Assembly (NCBI GenBank): GCA_036229005.1
Contig: JAZAMN010000054.1
Coordinates: forward strand, 17,983-81,982
DNA: 64,000 bases
Source of the DNA: Myxococcota bacterium
GTDB lineage: Bacteria; Myxococcota_A; UBA796; CAJQPC01
Direction of reading: 5' to 3'
Position 1 is the first letter of the stretch. Every line of letters starts with the position of its first letter. Shown one piece after another: positions 47,005 to 56,626 of this stretch. The translations under genes were made by a program, and so were the position numbers. Under the pieces are notes generated by a model. That model was not told the origin of the DNA and did not search any database. It worked only from the letters and a program-made list of their open reading frames with translations.

Positions 47005-47433
47005 CTACTCCGAACGCAGCCGCGGGCTGTCGTAGAGGTTGAAGGTGCCCACCGCGAAGGCCACGCGCTCGCCCGTCTCGGCGTCCTCGGCGTGCCCCGA
47101 GAGCACCAGCAGCGAGCGGCCCTGGGACTGCAGCTCGGTGTGCACCACCAGGCGCTGCCCGATGCGCGCCGGCCGCAGGAAGTTGACCTTCATCTCCACC
47201 GTCGAGGTCACCCGCCCCTGCTCCAGCGCGAGCTGCAGGGCCCGCATGCCCAGCGCGGAGTCCAACAGCGCCATCACCGAGCCGCCGTGCGCGACCCCCG
47301 GGGCCCCGCCGTGCAGGGGAGCCACCGTCATGGCCACGTGGACCGCGTCCTGCTGCGCCTCCAGCTCCAGGCCCAGCGTGCGGACGAGCCCCTCCTGGGT
47401 GCGCAGGGCGTCGATGATGGGGTGCAGGGTCAT
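47005..47433 (-). CDS. PaaI family thioesterase
   Basis: GVAHGGSVMALLD and TVEMKVNFLRP. Confidence 0.92.
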   Translation of the reverse strand: MTLHPIIDALRTQEGLVRTLGLELEAQQDAVHVAMTVAPLHGGAPGVAHGGSVMALLDSALGMRALQLALEQGRVTSTVEMKVNFLRPARIGQRLVVHTELQSQGRSLLVLSGHAEDAETGERVAFAVGTFNLYDSPRLRSE

Positions 47434-47526
47434 TCAGCCTCCAGTGCAGGGCAGGATAGGCGCTCCTCGCTGTTGCGAGAATGTGCAATCCTGAAACCTG
47501 CAGTTGCAGATCTGAAGGGGTGAACC

Positions 47527-48387
47527 ATGGACGATCAGAGCCTCTTCCTGGCCGTCTCCGAGCAAGGGAGCTTCGCGGGGGCCGCCCGGGCGCTGGGGGT
47601 CTCCCGGTCGACGGTGCTGCGGCGGGTGGACGCCCTGGAGCAGCGCCTGGGCCTGGTCCTGATCCAGCGCGCCGGCCGACAGATCGCCCTGACCGAGGTG
47701 GGCGCCCGCTACGCCCGCAGCCTGCGTCCCCTGCTGAGCGAGCTGAGCCGGGTGGAGGAGGAGCTGCGCCAGCAAGGCGAGACCCTGAGCGGGACCCTGC
47801 GCCTGTGGCTGCCCGTGCTGGGGACCAGCGCCCACATCGCCGCCGCCCTGGCCCGCTTCCGGGAGCAGCAACCCGGCGTGCGCCTGGAGATCGAGCTCGC
47901 CGAGCAGGCCTCCCTGCGGGTGGGGGACTTTGATCTCGCGCTGCAGGTGGGGTTGAGGAGGAACCTGAGCTTTCGCGCCCGGACCCTGTACCGCGAGCGC
48001 CTGATCCTGGTCGCCAGCCCGCGCTACCTGGAGTCCGCCGGCGAGGTCACCCTGGAGCGCCTGAGCAGCCACCACTCGGTGCGGATGCGCGACTCCCGCG
48101 GGCGCCTGGATCCCTGGCGGCGACCGGACGGCGCCCGGGTGAAGGCCCCGCCGGCGGTGGCCAGCGTCAACGCGGTCGGGTTCGCCCACCAGCTCGCCAT
48201 CCTGGGCCAGGGCATCGCGCGCGTCCCCCGCACCCTGGCTGCCCCCCAGCTCGAGAGCGGAGCGCTGGTGCAGGTGCTGCCCCAGGTCTGGGTCGAGGAG
48301 CCCGTCAGCCTGGTGTTCCCCGGCCCCCCCGGCCCCATCGCGCAGGCCTTCCTGGACCACGCGAGCGCCTGGTTCGCGGGCCGCTGA
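47527..48387 (+). CDS. LysR family regulator
   Basis: GSFAGAARALGVSRSTV and LVASPRYL. Confidence 0.9.
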   Translation: MDDQSLFLAVSEQGSFAGAARALGVSRSTVLRRVDALEQRLGLVLIQRAGRQIALTEVGARYARSLRPLLSELSRVEEELRQQGETLSGTLRLWLPVLGTSAHIAAALARFREQQPGVRLEIELAEQASLRVGDFDLALQVGLRRNLSFRARTLYRERLILVASPRYLESAGEVTLERLSSHHSVRMRDSRGRLDPWRRPDGARVKAPPAVASVNAVGFAHQLAILGQGIARVPRTLAAPQLESGALVQVLPQVWVEEPVSLVFPGPPGPIAQAFLDHASAWFAGR

Positions 48388-48390
48388 GGC

Positions 48391-49095
48391 TCAGTGTTCG
48401 TCGATCAGCTCGGCGCGCAGCTCGGTGACGGGGCGCTCCCAGTGGTCCTCGAAGGGCACCGAGAGCATCAGCCGGGCGCGCTGACCCCGCTTGTAGGCGC
48501 GGTAGACGCGGGCGTAGTACTCGCCGATCCCCACCTTGCTCTCCCCGATGGCGGCGCCGATGAACTCGTCGGAGAGCCGGGCGCCCAGGAAACCAAAGGG
48601 CAGCATCAGGCGCGGGCTGCGGATGCCGATGTTCCCCATGCAGAAGGCCTGCAGCTCCATCTCCCCCACCACGTCGACGCCGTAGCCCGTGACCACGTGG
48701 TAGATGTCGTGGGTCTCCCGGTAGCGCTTGGAGATGTATTCCTCTGTCTTTTCAGTGGCTTGACGGGTCGTGAAGGGCGCGATCCCCATGCGCGCGTAGT
48801 AGGCCGCCAGCTCGTGGCCCAGGGTCCCCTCCGGCAGGGCTGCGAGCGCCTCCAGATCCAGGTCCTCCGCCTGCAGCGAGGGCCGCTCCGCCAGGATCCG
48901 CCGCCCATCGGGGTCGGCCTGGAGCTCGGGGATGCGCTCGACGTAGGCGGGCAGATCCAGCGCCTCATTGACCAGCGCGCCAGCCTCCGGATTCGCGGGG
49001 TCGTCCTTGAGGATGAGCAGGCACTGCATGCCTGTGCGCCAGCGGGCCAGCCAGCCAGGGTTCTCGGGGAGGACGGGAAGGGTCGCTGCGCTCAT
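48391..49095 (-). CDS. Coq4 family protein
   Basis: LPEGTLG and RYRETHDIYHVVTGY...GEMELQAF (HDxxH-x11-E). Confidence 0.85.
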   Translation of the reverse strand: MSAATLPVLPENPGWLARWRTGMQCLLILKDDPANPEAGALVNEALDLPAYVERIPELQADPDGRRILAERPSLQAEDLDLEALAALPEGTLGHELAAYYARMGIAPFTTRQATEKTEEYISKRYRETHDIYHVVTGYGVDVVGEMELQAFCMGNIGIRSPRLMLPFGFLGARLSDEFIGAAIGESKVGIGEYYARVYRAYKRGQRARLMLSVPFEDHWERPVTELRAELIDEH

Positions 49096-49189
49096 GTTCA
49101 GCCTCCTGGGCTCACCTACTCACACCCGCCCCTCTCGGCAATGTGGCGACACATCGTCGCCAACGAGGTCAGGCTGATTGGGACGCCAC

Positions 49190-49633
49190 TCAGGTGTAGC
49201 GCAGCGCCTCGTCCATGCCCCGGAGCCGCTCGGCCAGCGCGGGGGCCAGCGCGGGATCCAGGGCCTCGGCCATCAGCGCGGCGAACTCGGCCCGCACGCG
49301 GCGGGTGGAGGCCTCCGCTGCGGCGGTCGGGTGCACGCAGACCCCGCGGCGGTCGTTGGGGTCGGGGGTGCGGGTGACGAAGCCCTTGGACTGAAGCCCC
49401 CGCAGGGCCGCCGAGGTGTTGGAGGAGCGCAGGCCCAGGCGCTCGGCGATCTCGCGGGGGCTGATGCCTGGCTGCCGGTCGACCTGCTGGAGCACGGCGA
49501 CCTCCATGCCGGTCAGGTGCACGATCGCGGGGTCCTGGAAGCCCCGGGACTGGAGCTTGCGCGCGATGGACAGCAGGGCGGAGGCGACGTCGGCCAAGGC
49601 TTCTCTCTGGGCGGGGCTCGGGTCGGTGGGCAA
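49190..49633 (-). CDS. MarR family regulator
   Basis: EIAERLGLRSSNTSAALRGL...RTPDPNDRR. TTG start with GGGAG RBS. Confidence 0.88.
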   Translation of the reverse strand: MPTDPSPAQREALADVASALLSIARKLQSRGFQDPAIVHLTGMEVAVLQQVDRQPGISPREIAERLGLRSSNTSAALRGLQSKGFVTRTPDPNDRRGVCVHPTAAAEASTRRVRAEFAALMAEALDPALAPALAERLRGMDEALRYT

Positions 49634-49724
49634 GGCGGCTCCCAGGGTGGCGGCCCCATGGAACGGGGACAGTGTGACGCGGACAGTGTGTCCTCGCTGG
49701 CTACATAGTGTCCCAGATTTGGGT

Positions 49725-49740
49725 ATAGCTAAATAGCTAT
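49725..49740. promoter_or_regulatory. Candidate MarR operator
   Basis: ATAGCTA-AA-TAGCTAT palindrome between the divergent marR and MFS genes. Confidence 0.55.
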
Positions 49741-49774
49741 GTCGGTATAGGTAATCGTATCGACTGGAGCCACC

Positions 49775-51010
49775 ATGCCCTCAAAACCTGAGCTCAAGGG
49801 TGCCTTGCTGCTGACCCTGGCGCTGCTGTCCGCGGCCGCGCCCTTCGCGACGGACCTGTACCTGCCGGGCTTCCCGACGATGATGGAGAGCCTGGGCGCC
49901 AGCGCATCCACGGTGCAGCTCTCCCTGACGGCATTCTTGGTGGGCGCGGGCGTGGGCCAGGCCTTCTTTGGTCCCCTCTCGGACCGCATCGGACGGCGCG
50001 GGCCGCTCTTGGTGGGCACGGTCCTGTTCCTGCTGTCATCCATCGCCGCGGCCCTGGCGCCCACGGCTGGCTGGCTGATCGCGGCCCGGGCGGCCCAGGG
50101 ACTCTCCGGCGCAGCGGGCATGGTCATTGGCCGGACGGTGGTCTCGGACCTGTCGCGCGGGGCCTCGGCGGCGTCGGCCTTCAGCAAGCTGATGATGGTG
50201 GTCGGTGTGGCGCCTGTGCTGGCGCCGATCGCTGGCAGCCTGCTGGTCGAGCCATTGGGCTGGCGCGGGCTGCTCTGGGTGATCGCGGGGATTGGTGGTG
50301 TGATTGCGCTCGCCGTGATCCGCTTCGTGCCGGAGACCCACGGCCCCCAGGTGCGCGCCGAGGCCGGCCCGCCCCCCACTCTGCAGGAGCTCAAGGACAT
50401 CCTGGGCACGCGCGCCTTCCTGGGTGCGGCCGGGACCTATGTGCTGACCTTCGCGGCGCTGATGGCCTACATCTCGGCGTCCCCCTTCCTGTACCAGGGC
50501 TTGATGGGCCTGAGCCCGGTGCAGTACGCGCTGGCCTTTGGCCTCAACGCGCTCTCGCTGATGGTGATGGGCGGCGTGACCTCCAAGCTGACCCAGCGCG
50601 TGAAGCCGGCCCGCCTGGCCCGTCTGGGGCTGACCCTGCACCTGCTGGCGGTGAGCGCCTTCGTGGTGATGGCCCTGGCCGACCTGAACCCTCTGCTCTT
50701 TGGCCTGCCCATCCTGCTGGCGGCGGCCGCCTCGGGCATGGTGTTCGGGACCACCACGGCGATGGCCTTGGACGCCGCGCACAAGGTCAACGGCTACGCG
50801 TCGGCGGTCCTGGGGCTCTGTCAGTTCGTGCTGGCCGGCGCGGTCGCTCCCCTGGTCGGTCTGGGCGGCGAGGGCACCGCCCTGCCCCTGGCGCTGACCA
50901 TGGCGGCGGCCTCGGCACTGGCCAACCTGGCCTTCACCCGCCTGCGCAAGGGCTCCAAGCATCCTCGGCGTTGGGCGGCGAGGTTGAGGCCGGCGAGCTC
51001 TCGGTCGTAG
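49775..51010 (+). CDS. Bcr/CflA family MFS efflux transporter
   Basis: FATDLYLPGFP, GPLSDRIGRR and YISASPF, with about 12 TM segments. Confidence 0.92.
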   Translation: MPSKPELKGALLLTLALLSAAAPFATDLYLPGFPTMMESLGASASTVQLSLTAFLVGAGVGQAFFGPLSDRIGRRGPLLVGTVLFLLSSIAAALAPTAGWLIAARAAQGLSGAAGMVIGRTVVSDLSRGASAASAFSKLMMVVGVAPVLAPIAGSLLVEPLGWRGLLWVIAGIGGVIALAVIRFVPETHGPQVRAEAGPPPTLQELKDILGTRAFLGAAGTYVLTFAALMAYISASPFLYQGLMGLSPVQYALAFGLNALSLMVMGGVTSKLTQRVKPARLARLGLTLHLLAVSAFVVMALADLNPLLFGLPILLAAAASGMVFGTTTAMALDAAHKVNGYASAVLGLCQFVLAGAVAPLVGLGGEGTALPLALTMAAASALANLAFTRLRKGSKHPRRWAARLRPASSRS

Positions 51011-51018
51011 TCGGGAGG

Positions 51019-51903
51019 CTATCGAAGCGGACCCGCTCCCAGGCGTTCGACAAGAAAGTCGCGGAGCGCGGTCACCTTGCGCGGTACCTGACCGCTTGAG
51101 GGGTAGAGGAGGACAAATCCGCCTCGAAGCTCTGGAAGCCCAGAGACCGCCACCTGCTCAAGCAGCCCATCCCGCACGTAGCTGTCCGCGACGAAACGGG
51201 GGAGCACACCGACTCCGGCGCCCCACCGAAGGAGCTCACGCAGCAGGAAGACATCGTCGCCACAGAAGCGGCTGGCGAGGTCGGCTGGCCACTCCCAGCC
51301 CAGGAACCTGCGCGGCATCACCCAGTCGAACCCCGCCTCGCCCAGCTCGCGAGGCTTGCCCCGACGAGCGAGGTACTGGGGGGCTGCGTAGAACGCGACC
51401 TCTGCATCGCAGAGCTTCCGGAGGGTGAGCGTCGAGTCCTTCAATGGGCCGGAAACCGCCCGGATGGCGAGGTCGAATCCCTCAGCCACCAGATCGACTG
51501 CTTCGTTGGTCAGGTGGACGTCGAAGCGGATGTCGGGGTGACGACGGCCAAACTGGGCCAGCAACTCGGGGAGCACGACGGTGCCGAAGTCGTGGGTCGC
51601 CGTGAGCCTGAGAAGCCCCGAAGGCTCCTCTGCCCGTTCAGGGAGTTGGCGGACGGCCTGGGCAAGGGCGGCCACATGCGGCGCTGCGCGCTCATAGAGC
51701 TCTGATCCCGCAGTAGAGAGCGCGACCGCGTGGGTGGTTCGATGCAGGAGCTCTACGCCCAGCTCCGCCTCCAAGCGTGCGACCGAGCGGCTCACGGTGG
51801 CCTTGCCTACGCCCAGTGCCTTTGCCGCCTTGGAGAAGCTCATCTCCTTCGCGACGGCGACAAAGATGGCGACGAGCTGCAGCGATGGCGCTGTTTCATT
51901 CAC
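51019..51903 (-). CDS. LysR family regulator
   Basis: SFSKAAKALGVGKATVSR, LLHRTT and DLVAEGFDLAIR. Confidence 0.92.
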   Translation of the reverse strand: MNETAPSLQLVAIFVAVAKEMSFSKAAKALGVGKATVSRSVARLEAELGVELLHRTTHAVALSTAGSELYERAAPHVAALAQAVRQLPERAEEPSGLLRLTATHDFGTVVLPELLAQFGRRHPDIRFDVHLTNEAVDLVAEGFDLAIRAVSGPLKDSTLTLRKLCDAEVAFYAAPQYLARRGKPRELGEAGFDWVMPRRFLGWEWPADLASRFCGDDVFLLRELLRWGAGVGVLPRFVADSYVRDGLLEQVAVSGLPELRGGFVLLYPSSGQVPRKVTALRDFLVERLGAGPLR

Positions 51904-51996
51904 GGATCACCAAGTTTCCAACACACCCACTGTACCACCCAAGGAACACGACTACCTTGCTTGCAACAGAAGCGGCGAACCAGCCAAGGAGTCAAC

Positions 51997-52728
51997 ATGA
52001 CCGACAGCAAGGCGAATAAGGCTAGATTGATCCTAGTGATTGGAGGAACCAGTGGCACGGGCAAGCTCGTGGCCGAGCAGCTCCTCGCCCGCGGAGAACG
52101 GGTCCGGCTCGGTGCCCGAGACCTCGAGAAGGCCCGAGCGCGGTTTGGCGACAAGGCCGAACTCGTCGAGCTCGACCTGACACGCCCAGGGGAGGCCTTC
52201 GACCGAGCGCTGGAGGGAGTGACCGGACTCGTCTTCACCGCCGCGATCCCGGGCGCCGCGGGAGAGGCCCTCGTCAAGTCGACCGAGTACGGCGGCGTGG
52301 TCGCGACCGTTGATGCGGCCCACCGCGCCGGCTTCTCCGGGAGGCTGGTCTACATGACCGCCATCGGCATCCACCACCGCACCTTCAAGATGCGGATGCT
52401 CGGGCTCCTGAAGTGGAACGGGGTGCACTGGCGCCAAGAGGCCGAGCGCGCGCTGACCGAGAGCGGCTTGGACGTTGCGATCGTGCGGGCGGCCCGACTT
52501 ACCGACAGCCCGGCAGGGCAGAGCGGTCTCGCAGTGGTTCCAGGCGACATTCCGTCGCGCTTTGGCCCGGTGGTGCCACGCGCTGATGTCGCACGAGTGA
52601 TCCTGGCGACCTTGGAGGCGCCTGCTCCCCTTCGGGACCTGTGCGTCTACACCGACGAGGGCACCGCGCCAGACGATGTGACGCTGCAGCGCCTCATCCA
52701 GTCGGGGTCACCGGCCACCACGCGCTGA
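51997..52728 (+). CDS. Atypical SDR / NAD(P)H-binding protein
   Basis: LVIGGTSGTG and AERALTESGLDVAIVR. AAGGAG RBS. Confidence 0.88.
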   Translation: MTDSKANKARLILVIGGTSGTGKLVAEQLLARGERVRLGARDLEKARARFGDKAELVELDLTRPGEAFDRALEGVTGLVFTAAIPGAAGEALVKSTEYGGVVATVDAAHRAGFSGRLVYMTAIGIHHRTFKMRMLGLLKWNGVHWRQEAERALTESGLDVAIVRAARLTDSPAGQSGLAVVPGDIPSRFGPVVPRADVARVILATLEAPAPLRDLCVYTDEGTAPDDVTLQRLIQSGSPATTR

Positions 52729-52881
52729 GTCGAGGACCAGACGTTGGGGGGCGAGGACGAGCAGAGGAGATCGGGCAAACCGGCCAAGGCCGGCCCCCAT
52801 TCGGCGTGACGAGCTCGCGTCCCCCCTCTTCGCTCGCAGCATGACGACGGGGATCCGGATCGAGTGCTGTCGTTCCGCCTC

Positions 52882-52900
52882 TTGGTTGGTTACCAACCAA
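52882..52900. promoter_or_regulatory. TetR-type operator
   Basis: Perfect palindrome TTGGTTGGT-T-ACCAACCAA upstream of an operon encoding a TetR-domain protein. Confidence 0.7.
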
Positions 52901-52917
52901 CACCACAAGGAGGCAGC

Positions 52918-53871
52918 ATGCGGCATCGAGTCGTCCTGGTTGGGGGCTACGGGAACATCGGTCGGGCTGTGGCGGAGCGGCTGGGAGACCGGAGCGCGGA
53001 GCTGGTGATCGCTGGTCGGGACCGGGTCCGGGCAGAGGAGCTGGCGCGGGAGGTCTCAGGGCGTGCGCTCACGCTGGATCTGGCCGATCCAGCGACCTGG
53101 ACTCTACCGACGGGTGGGGGCGTGCTGCTGATGTGCGTCGACCACCGAGACGCGGGCTTCGCGCGGGCCGCGATCGAGCAGGGCTACGACTACGTCGACA
53201 TCACGGCGTCCGGGCCGCTGATCCGGGAGCTGGAGGAGCTCGATGGTCTGGCTCGGGCCGCCGGACGTCGGGCGCTGCTGTCGGTGGGCTTCGCGCCGGG
53301 CCTGTCGAACCTGCTGGTTGCGGAGTGCGGCGCCGCTCCAGGGGATGTCGTCCACATCGGCCTGCGGCTCGGTCTGGGCGAGGTGCACGGTCCGGCAGCG
53401 CTCGCCTGGACGCTGCAGGCTGTGGATCGCGACACCGCCCCCCGGCCTGTGGGGGCCGACGGCGCGCTCGGCGTTCGGGTGGGCTTCGCGGATCAGGAGA
53501 TCGTCGCGCGAACCCTGGGCGTGCGGGCGGAGACGACCCTCACCGTCGAGAACAGCCTGTGGACACGGGTGCTCTGGTGGTCGGCGCCGCTCCTGCTGCG
53601 CTGGCCCCGACTCGGTGGACTCCTGGGAGCGAGCGCCGGGCTGCCGTGGTTCTCGGATCGGTGCGGGATCCAGGTGGTCTCGGGCGCGCGGGAGGCTCGT
53701 TACGAGGGCCGGGACGAAGGGAGCATCACGGCGATGATGGCGGTGTTCGCGATCGACCGGGTCCGGAGCTGCGACCCCGGGGTCCACCACATCGAGCAGG
53801 TGGCGCGCCTGGCCGATGTCACTGATGTCTTGGAGGCTGCCGGAGGGCGGCTGACCCGGAGCGGACGATGA
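52918..53871 (+). CDS. Saccharopine dehydrogenase-like NAD(P)-binding protein
   Basis: VGGYGNIG, IAGRD, YVDITA and SVGFAPGLSNLL. Confidence 0.85.
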   Translation: MRHRVVLVGGYGNIGRAVAERLGDRSAELVIAGRDRVRAEELAREVSGRALTLDLADPATWTLPTGGGVLLMCVDHRDAGFARAAIEQGYDYVDITASGPLIRELEELDGLARAAGRRALLSVGFAPGLSNLLVAECGAAPGDVVHIGLRLGLGEVHGPAALAWTLQAVDRDTAPRPVGADGALGVRVGFADQEIVARTLGVRAETTLTVENSLWTRVLWWSAPLLLRWPRLGGLLGASAGLPWFSDRCGIQVVSGAREARYEGRDEGSITAMMAVFAIDRVRSCDPGVHHIEQVARLADVTDVLEAAGGRLTRSGR

Positions 53872-54944
53872 GCGACACCCGCGAGCGGATCCTTCAGGCG
53901 GCTCTCGCCCAGTACGCCGAGCTGGGGATCCGTGGACTCACACAGCCCAAGGTGGCCAAGCGCGCCGGGGTGCGCGGTTCGCACATCACCTACTTCTTCC
54001 CCAAGAAGGCCGATCTGCTGGCAGCGGTGCTCGAAGCGTCGCATCAGGACAGCGAGGGGCCAGGCGAGCTGATGACGCGTGAGCGCTTTGAGCTGCTGTT
54101 CGCCGTGACCCTGGAGGCGAGCCGGTCGGAGGACGCCGCAGCAGCCGTCGCCCGGCACCTGGATGGCTTCGCGGCCGAGCTGGCCCGTCGGTACGGGGTC
54201 TCAGAGGACTGCGTGGAGATCGAGCGCCTGGTGGAGGAGCTCCGCGGGGCGGGGCTGCGGATGCTGGTCGGAGGCGCTGGCGGGCCTGGCCTGGATGCCC
54301 GGGCTGCTCGGCTGGGGCTGGGGCTGCGGACGGGCTTTGACGACGTCGATCGCTACGAGGCTGAGATCGAGGCGCTGGTGCCGGGCTACCCGCTGGTCCA
54401 CGCGCTCGCGGTCGGTCAGTTGTCAGGGGCGCAGCGGGTGCTGGTGTCCGGTTGTGGTCCGGGGCGGGAGGTCGCAGCCCTCGCAGCGCAGAGCACGGTG
54501 GTGGCGGTCGACCCCTCTGAAGCCATGCGCTCGGCGACGACAGAGCGCTGTCCCGGCGTCGAGGTCCGCGCGGACCTGCCCCTGGCGGTGCAGTTCGATG
54601 CCGCGCTGTCCCTGTTCGTCGTGCACCTGATCCCGGCTGAGGAGCAGCAGGCCTACTGGGACGGGCTCGCGCAGGTCGTCGCGCCTGGTGGGCAGGTGGT
54701 GGTCGCGTGGCTGCACGCCGTCACCGAGGCCGAGCGCGATGCCTGGTGCCGGCTCGCAGCCCGGACGCTGCATCCAGAGCGGGTGGCGGTGCTTCGGCGC
54801 CGCTTGAGCGAGCCGGGGCCTCTGCATCTGCAACCGGTCGGCATCCAGGTGGACCAGGCGGCGCGGGCGGGGCTGCGACCTGGGATGGAGCTGTTCCACA
54901 GCCTGGGCGTGCGGGCGATGGTCTTCGAGCGCGTCCCGGAATGA
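53868..54944 (+). CDS. TetR-family HTH fused to a class I SAM methyltransferase
   Basis: TRERILQAA...VAKRAGVRGSHITYFFPKK, then ALVPGY, VSGCGPG, AVDPSEAM and FDAALSLFVVHLI. Confidence 0.8.
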   Translation: MSDTRERILQAALAQYAELGIRGLTQPKVAKRAGVRGSHITYFFPKKADLLAAVLEASHQDSEGPGELMTRERFELLFAVTLEASRSEDAAAAVARHLDGFAAELARRYGVSEDCVEIERLVEELRGAGLRMLVGGAGGPGLDARAARLGLGLRTGFDDVDRYEAEIEALVPGYPLVHALAVGQLSGAQRVLVSGCGPGREVAALAAQSTVVAVDPSEAMRSATTERCPGVEVRADLPLAVQFDAALSLFVVHLIPAEEQQAYWDGLAQVVAPGGQVVVAWLHAVTEAERDAWCRLAARTLHPERVAVLRRRLSEPGPLHLQPVGIQVDQAARAGLRPGMELFHSLGVRAMVFERVPE

Positions 54945-54945
54945 A

Positions 54946-54971
54946 CCCCTCCGGCGGTGATTCCGGAGGGG
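54946..54971. terminator. Hairpin between a convergent CDS and the tRNA
   Basis: CCCCTCCGG-N8-CCGGAGGGG. Confidence 0.5.
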
Positions 54972-54982
54972 GCCACTCAAGA

Positions 54983-55059
54983 TGGTCGGGGAGGCCGGAT
55001 TCGAACCGGCGGCCCTCTGCTCCCAAAGCAGATGCGCTACCAGACTGCGCCACTCCCCG
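54983..55059 (-). tRNA. tRNA-Pro (TGG)
   Basis: Reverse complement CGGGGAGTGGCGCAGTCTGGTAGCGCATCTGCTTTGGGAGCAGAGGGCCGCCGGTTCGAATCCGGCCTCCCCGACCA folds as a cloverleaf with anticodon TGG and encoded CCA. Confidence 0.97.
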
Positions 55060-55166
55060 GACGCGACAGTGTCTAACCACATGGACGGCGGGGGCCACCT
55101 CCCAGCGGCCAGGGCTACCCGGCTTTGGAGCGGTTAGGCCCCAGGCAACAGAGAAAGGAGCGCCCC

Positions 55167-55613
55167 GTGGCCGAACTCGACCTCCGCACGATGCTGACCA
55201 ACATGGTCCCCTTCATCAAGACCGTTGGCATCCAGCTCGACGAGATCAACCGGGGCGCGGCCACCGCCACGCTCCCCTCCCGCCGCGAGATCCAGAACCA
55301 CCTGGGCACCGCCCACGCCGGCGCGGTCTACACCCTGGGTGAGTCGGCCAGCGGCGGCGTGGTGCTCTCGCTGTTCGCCGACCAGCTCCCCCGCGTGTTC
55401 ATCGCCCTCAAGTCGGCCACGGTCGCGCACAAGAAGGCCGCAGCCGGCGTCACCGTGGCCACCGCGGGTCTGAACCAGGACCCCGCCGAGATCCGCGCCG
55501 CGTACGACGAGACCGGCAAGGTCGACTTCGAGGTCCCCGTGAAGCTGCACGTGGGCGAGACGCTCACCGCCGAGATCACCTACACCTGGGCGGTCCGGGC
55601 CCCCCGCGACTGA
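55167..55613 (+). CDS. Hotdog-fold thioesterase-like protein (DUF4442/YiiD-C-like)
   Basis: [32 protein letters not shown] with GTG start. Confidence 0.85.
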   Translation: MAELDLRTMLTNMVPFIKTVGIQLDEINRGAATATLPSRREIQNHLGTAHAGAVYTLGESASGGVVLSLFADQLPRVFIALKSATVAHKKAAAGVTVATAGLNQDPAEIRAAYDETGKVDFEVPVKLHVGETLTAEITYTWAVRAPRD

Positions 55614-55848
55614 GCGTGGAGAGCGCCGCAGCGCGGTCCCGGACAGCCTGTCCTCGCCGGCGCCACCGGATCTGAGGCGGGCGCACGGCACCCACCAGAC
55701 CCGGATGGTGGGGTCGGGGTGGGTATACGCCGGGGTCGGGCTCCTCAGCCTGCTGCCGCTCGGCGTCCTGCTGTCCCTGCACGTGGCGTTCGTGGCTCCC
55801 CACTCGCCGCCGCTGGGATAGAGGCCGCTCCCCACCCTGGAGTCCCTC

Positions 55849-56298
55849 ATGTACAGCGCCCTCCTCCACGCCCACTCCGGCCTGCGCTGGGTCGTCCTGG
55901 CCCTCGGAATCACCGTGCTCGTCCAGGCCGCCAAGGGCTTTGGCAGCTCCGAGCCCTGGGAGAAGGCACAGGACAAGCTCCAGCTCGCGTTCATCGCCGC
56001 GCTGGACATCATGATGCTCATCGGCCTCGCGCTCTACTTTGTGTTCTCCCCCATCACCCAGGCGGCGTTCCAGGACATGGGCGCGGCGATGTCCGACACC
56101 ACCCTGCGCTTCTTCGCGGTGGAGCACATCTTCGAGATGCTCATCGCCATCGTCGTCGCGCACGTGGGCCGCGCGGTGGGCAAGCGCAAGGTCGAGAAGC
56201 GCAACCGCATCGTGACCATCACCACCGCCATCTGGTTGCTGCTCACCTTCATCGCGATCCCCTGGCCCTTCATGCCGGTCTCGCGCGGGCTGTTCTGA
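55849..56298 (+). CDS. Four-TM membrane protein of unknown function
   Basis: HAHSGLRW, RFFAVEH, AHVG and AIPWPF. Confidence 0.8.
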   Translation: MYSALLHAHSGLRWVVLALGITVLVQAAKGFGSSEPWEKAQDKLQLAFIAALDIMMLIGLALYFVFSPITQAAFQDMGAAMSDTTLRFFAVEHIFEMLIAIVVAHVGRAVGKRKVEKRNRIVTITTAIWLLLTFIAIPWPFMPVSRGLF

Positions 56299-56331
56299 GT
56301 CCTGTTGGGCCCTGGCGCGGCCTCTTGACCC

Positions 56332-56587
56332 GGCTACGCCCCCCGAATGAACGCGGGGGGCTGGCTACGCCCGCTGAATGAGCGCATCGCTGAGGCTACG
56401 CCCCACCAGTGAGCGCTCCGGCCACCGTTTGGGGCCGAAAGCGGCGAAAACGGCCCCCAAATGGCCCCCTGAAGGCCCAAAAGCCCCAGATCGGTCCTCA
56501 AAACGCTCACCGAGTGGCCGTAGCCTCAGACGATCGCTCACTCAGGGCCGGTAGCCACCCCCGGCCGCTCACTCGCACCCGGTAGCC
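56332..56587. repeat. Inverted 3+3 box element, copy 2
   Basis: 22-bp boxes start at 56332, 56363 and 56394 (forward) and at 56504, 56535 and 56566 (reverse). A degenerate fourth box starts at 56597. Confidence 0.9.
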
Positions 56588-56626
56588 ACCCTCGGCTGCT
56601 CACACGCCCCCGCTGGCCCCTTCCGC

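Noticed and set aside
51008..51030. Possible att duplication of the tRNA-Pro 3' end (TAGTCGGGAGGCTATCGAAGCGG)
   Set aside because: It needs several gaps and mismatches and overlaps two stop codons, so it is plausible by chance in GC-rich DNA.
56332..56587. Classical GTAG-type REP reading of the GTAGCC half-box, and a fixed relative orientation of the two copies
   Set aside because: No short palindrome follows GTAG and no RAYT gene is in the window. Similarity between the copies supports both orientations, so orientation cannot be assigned.
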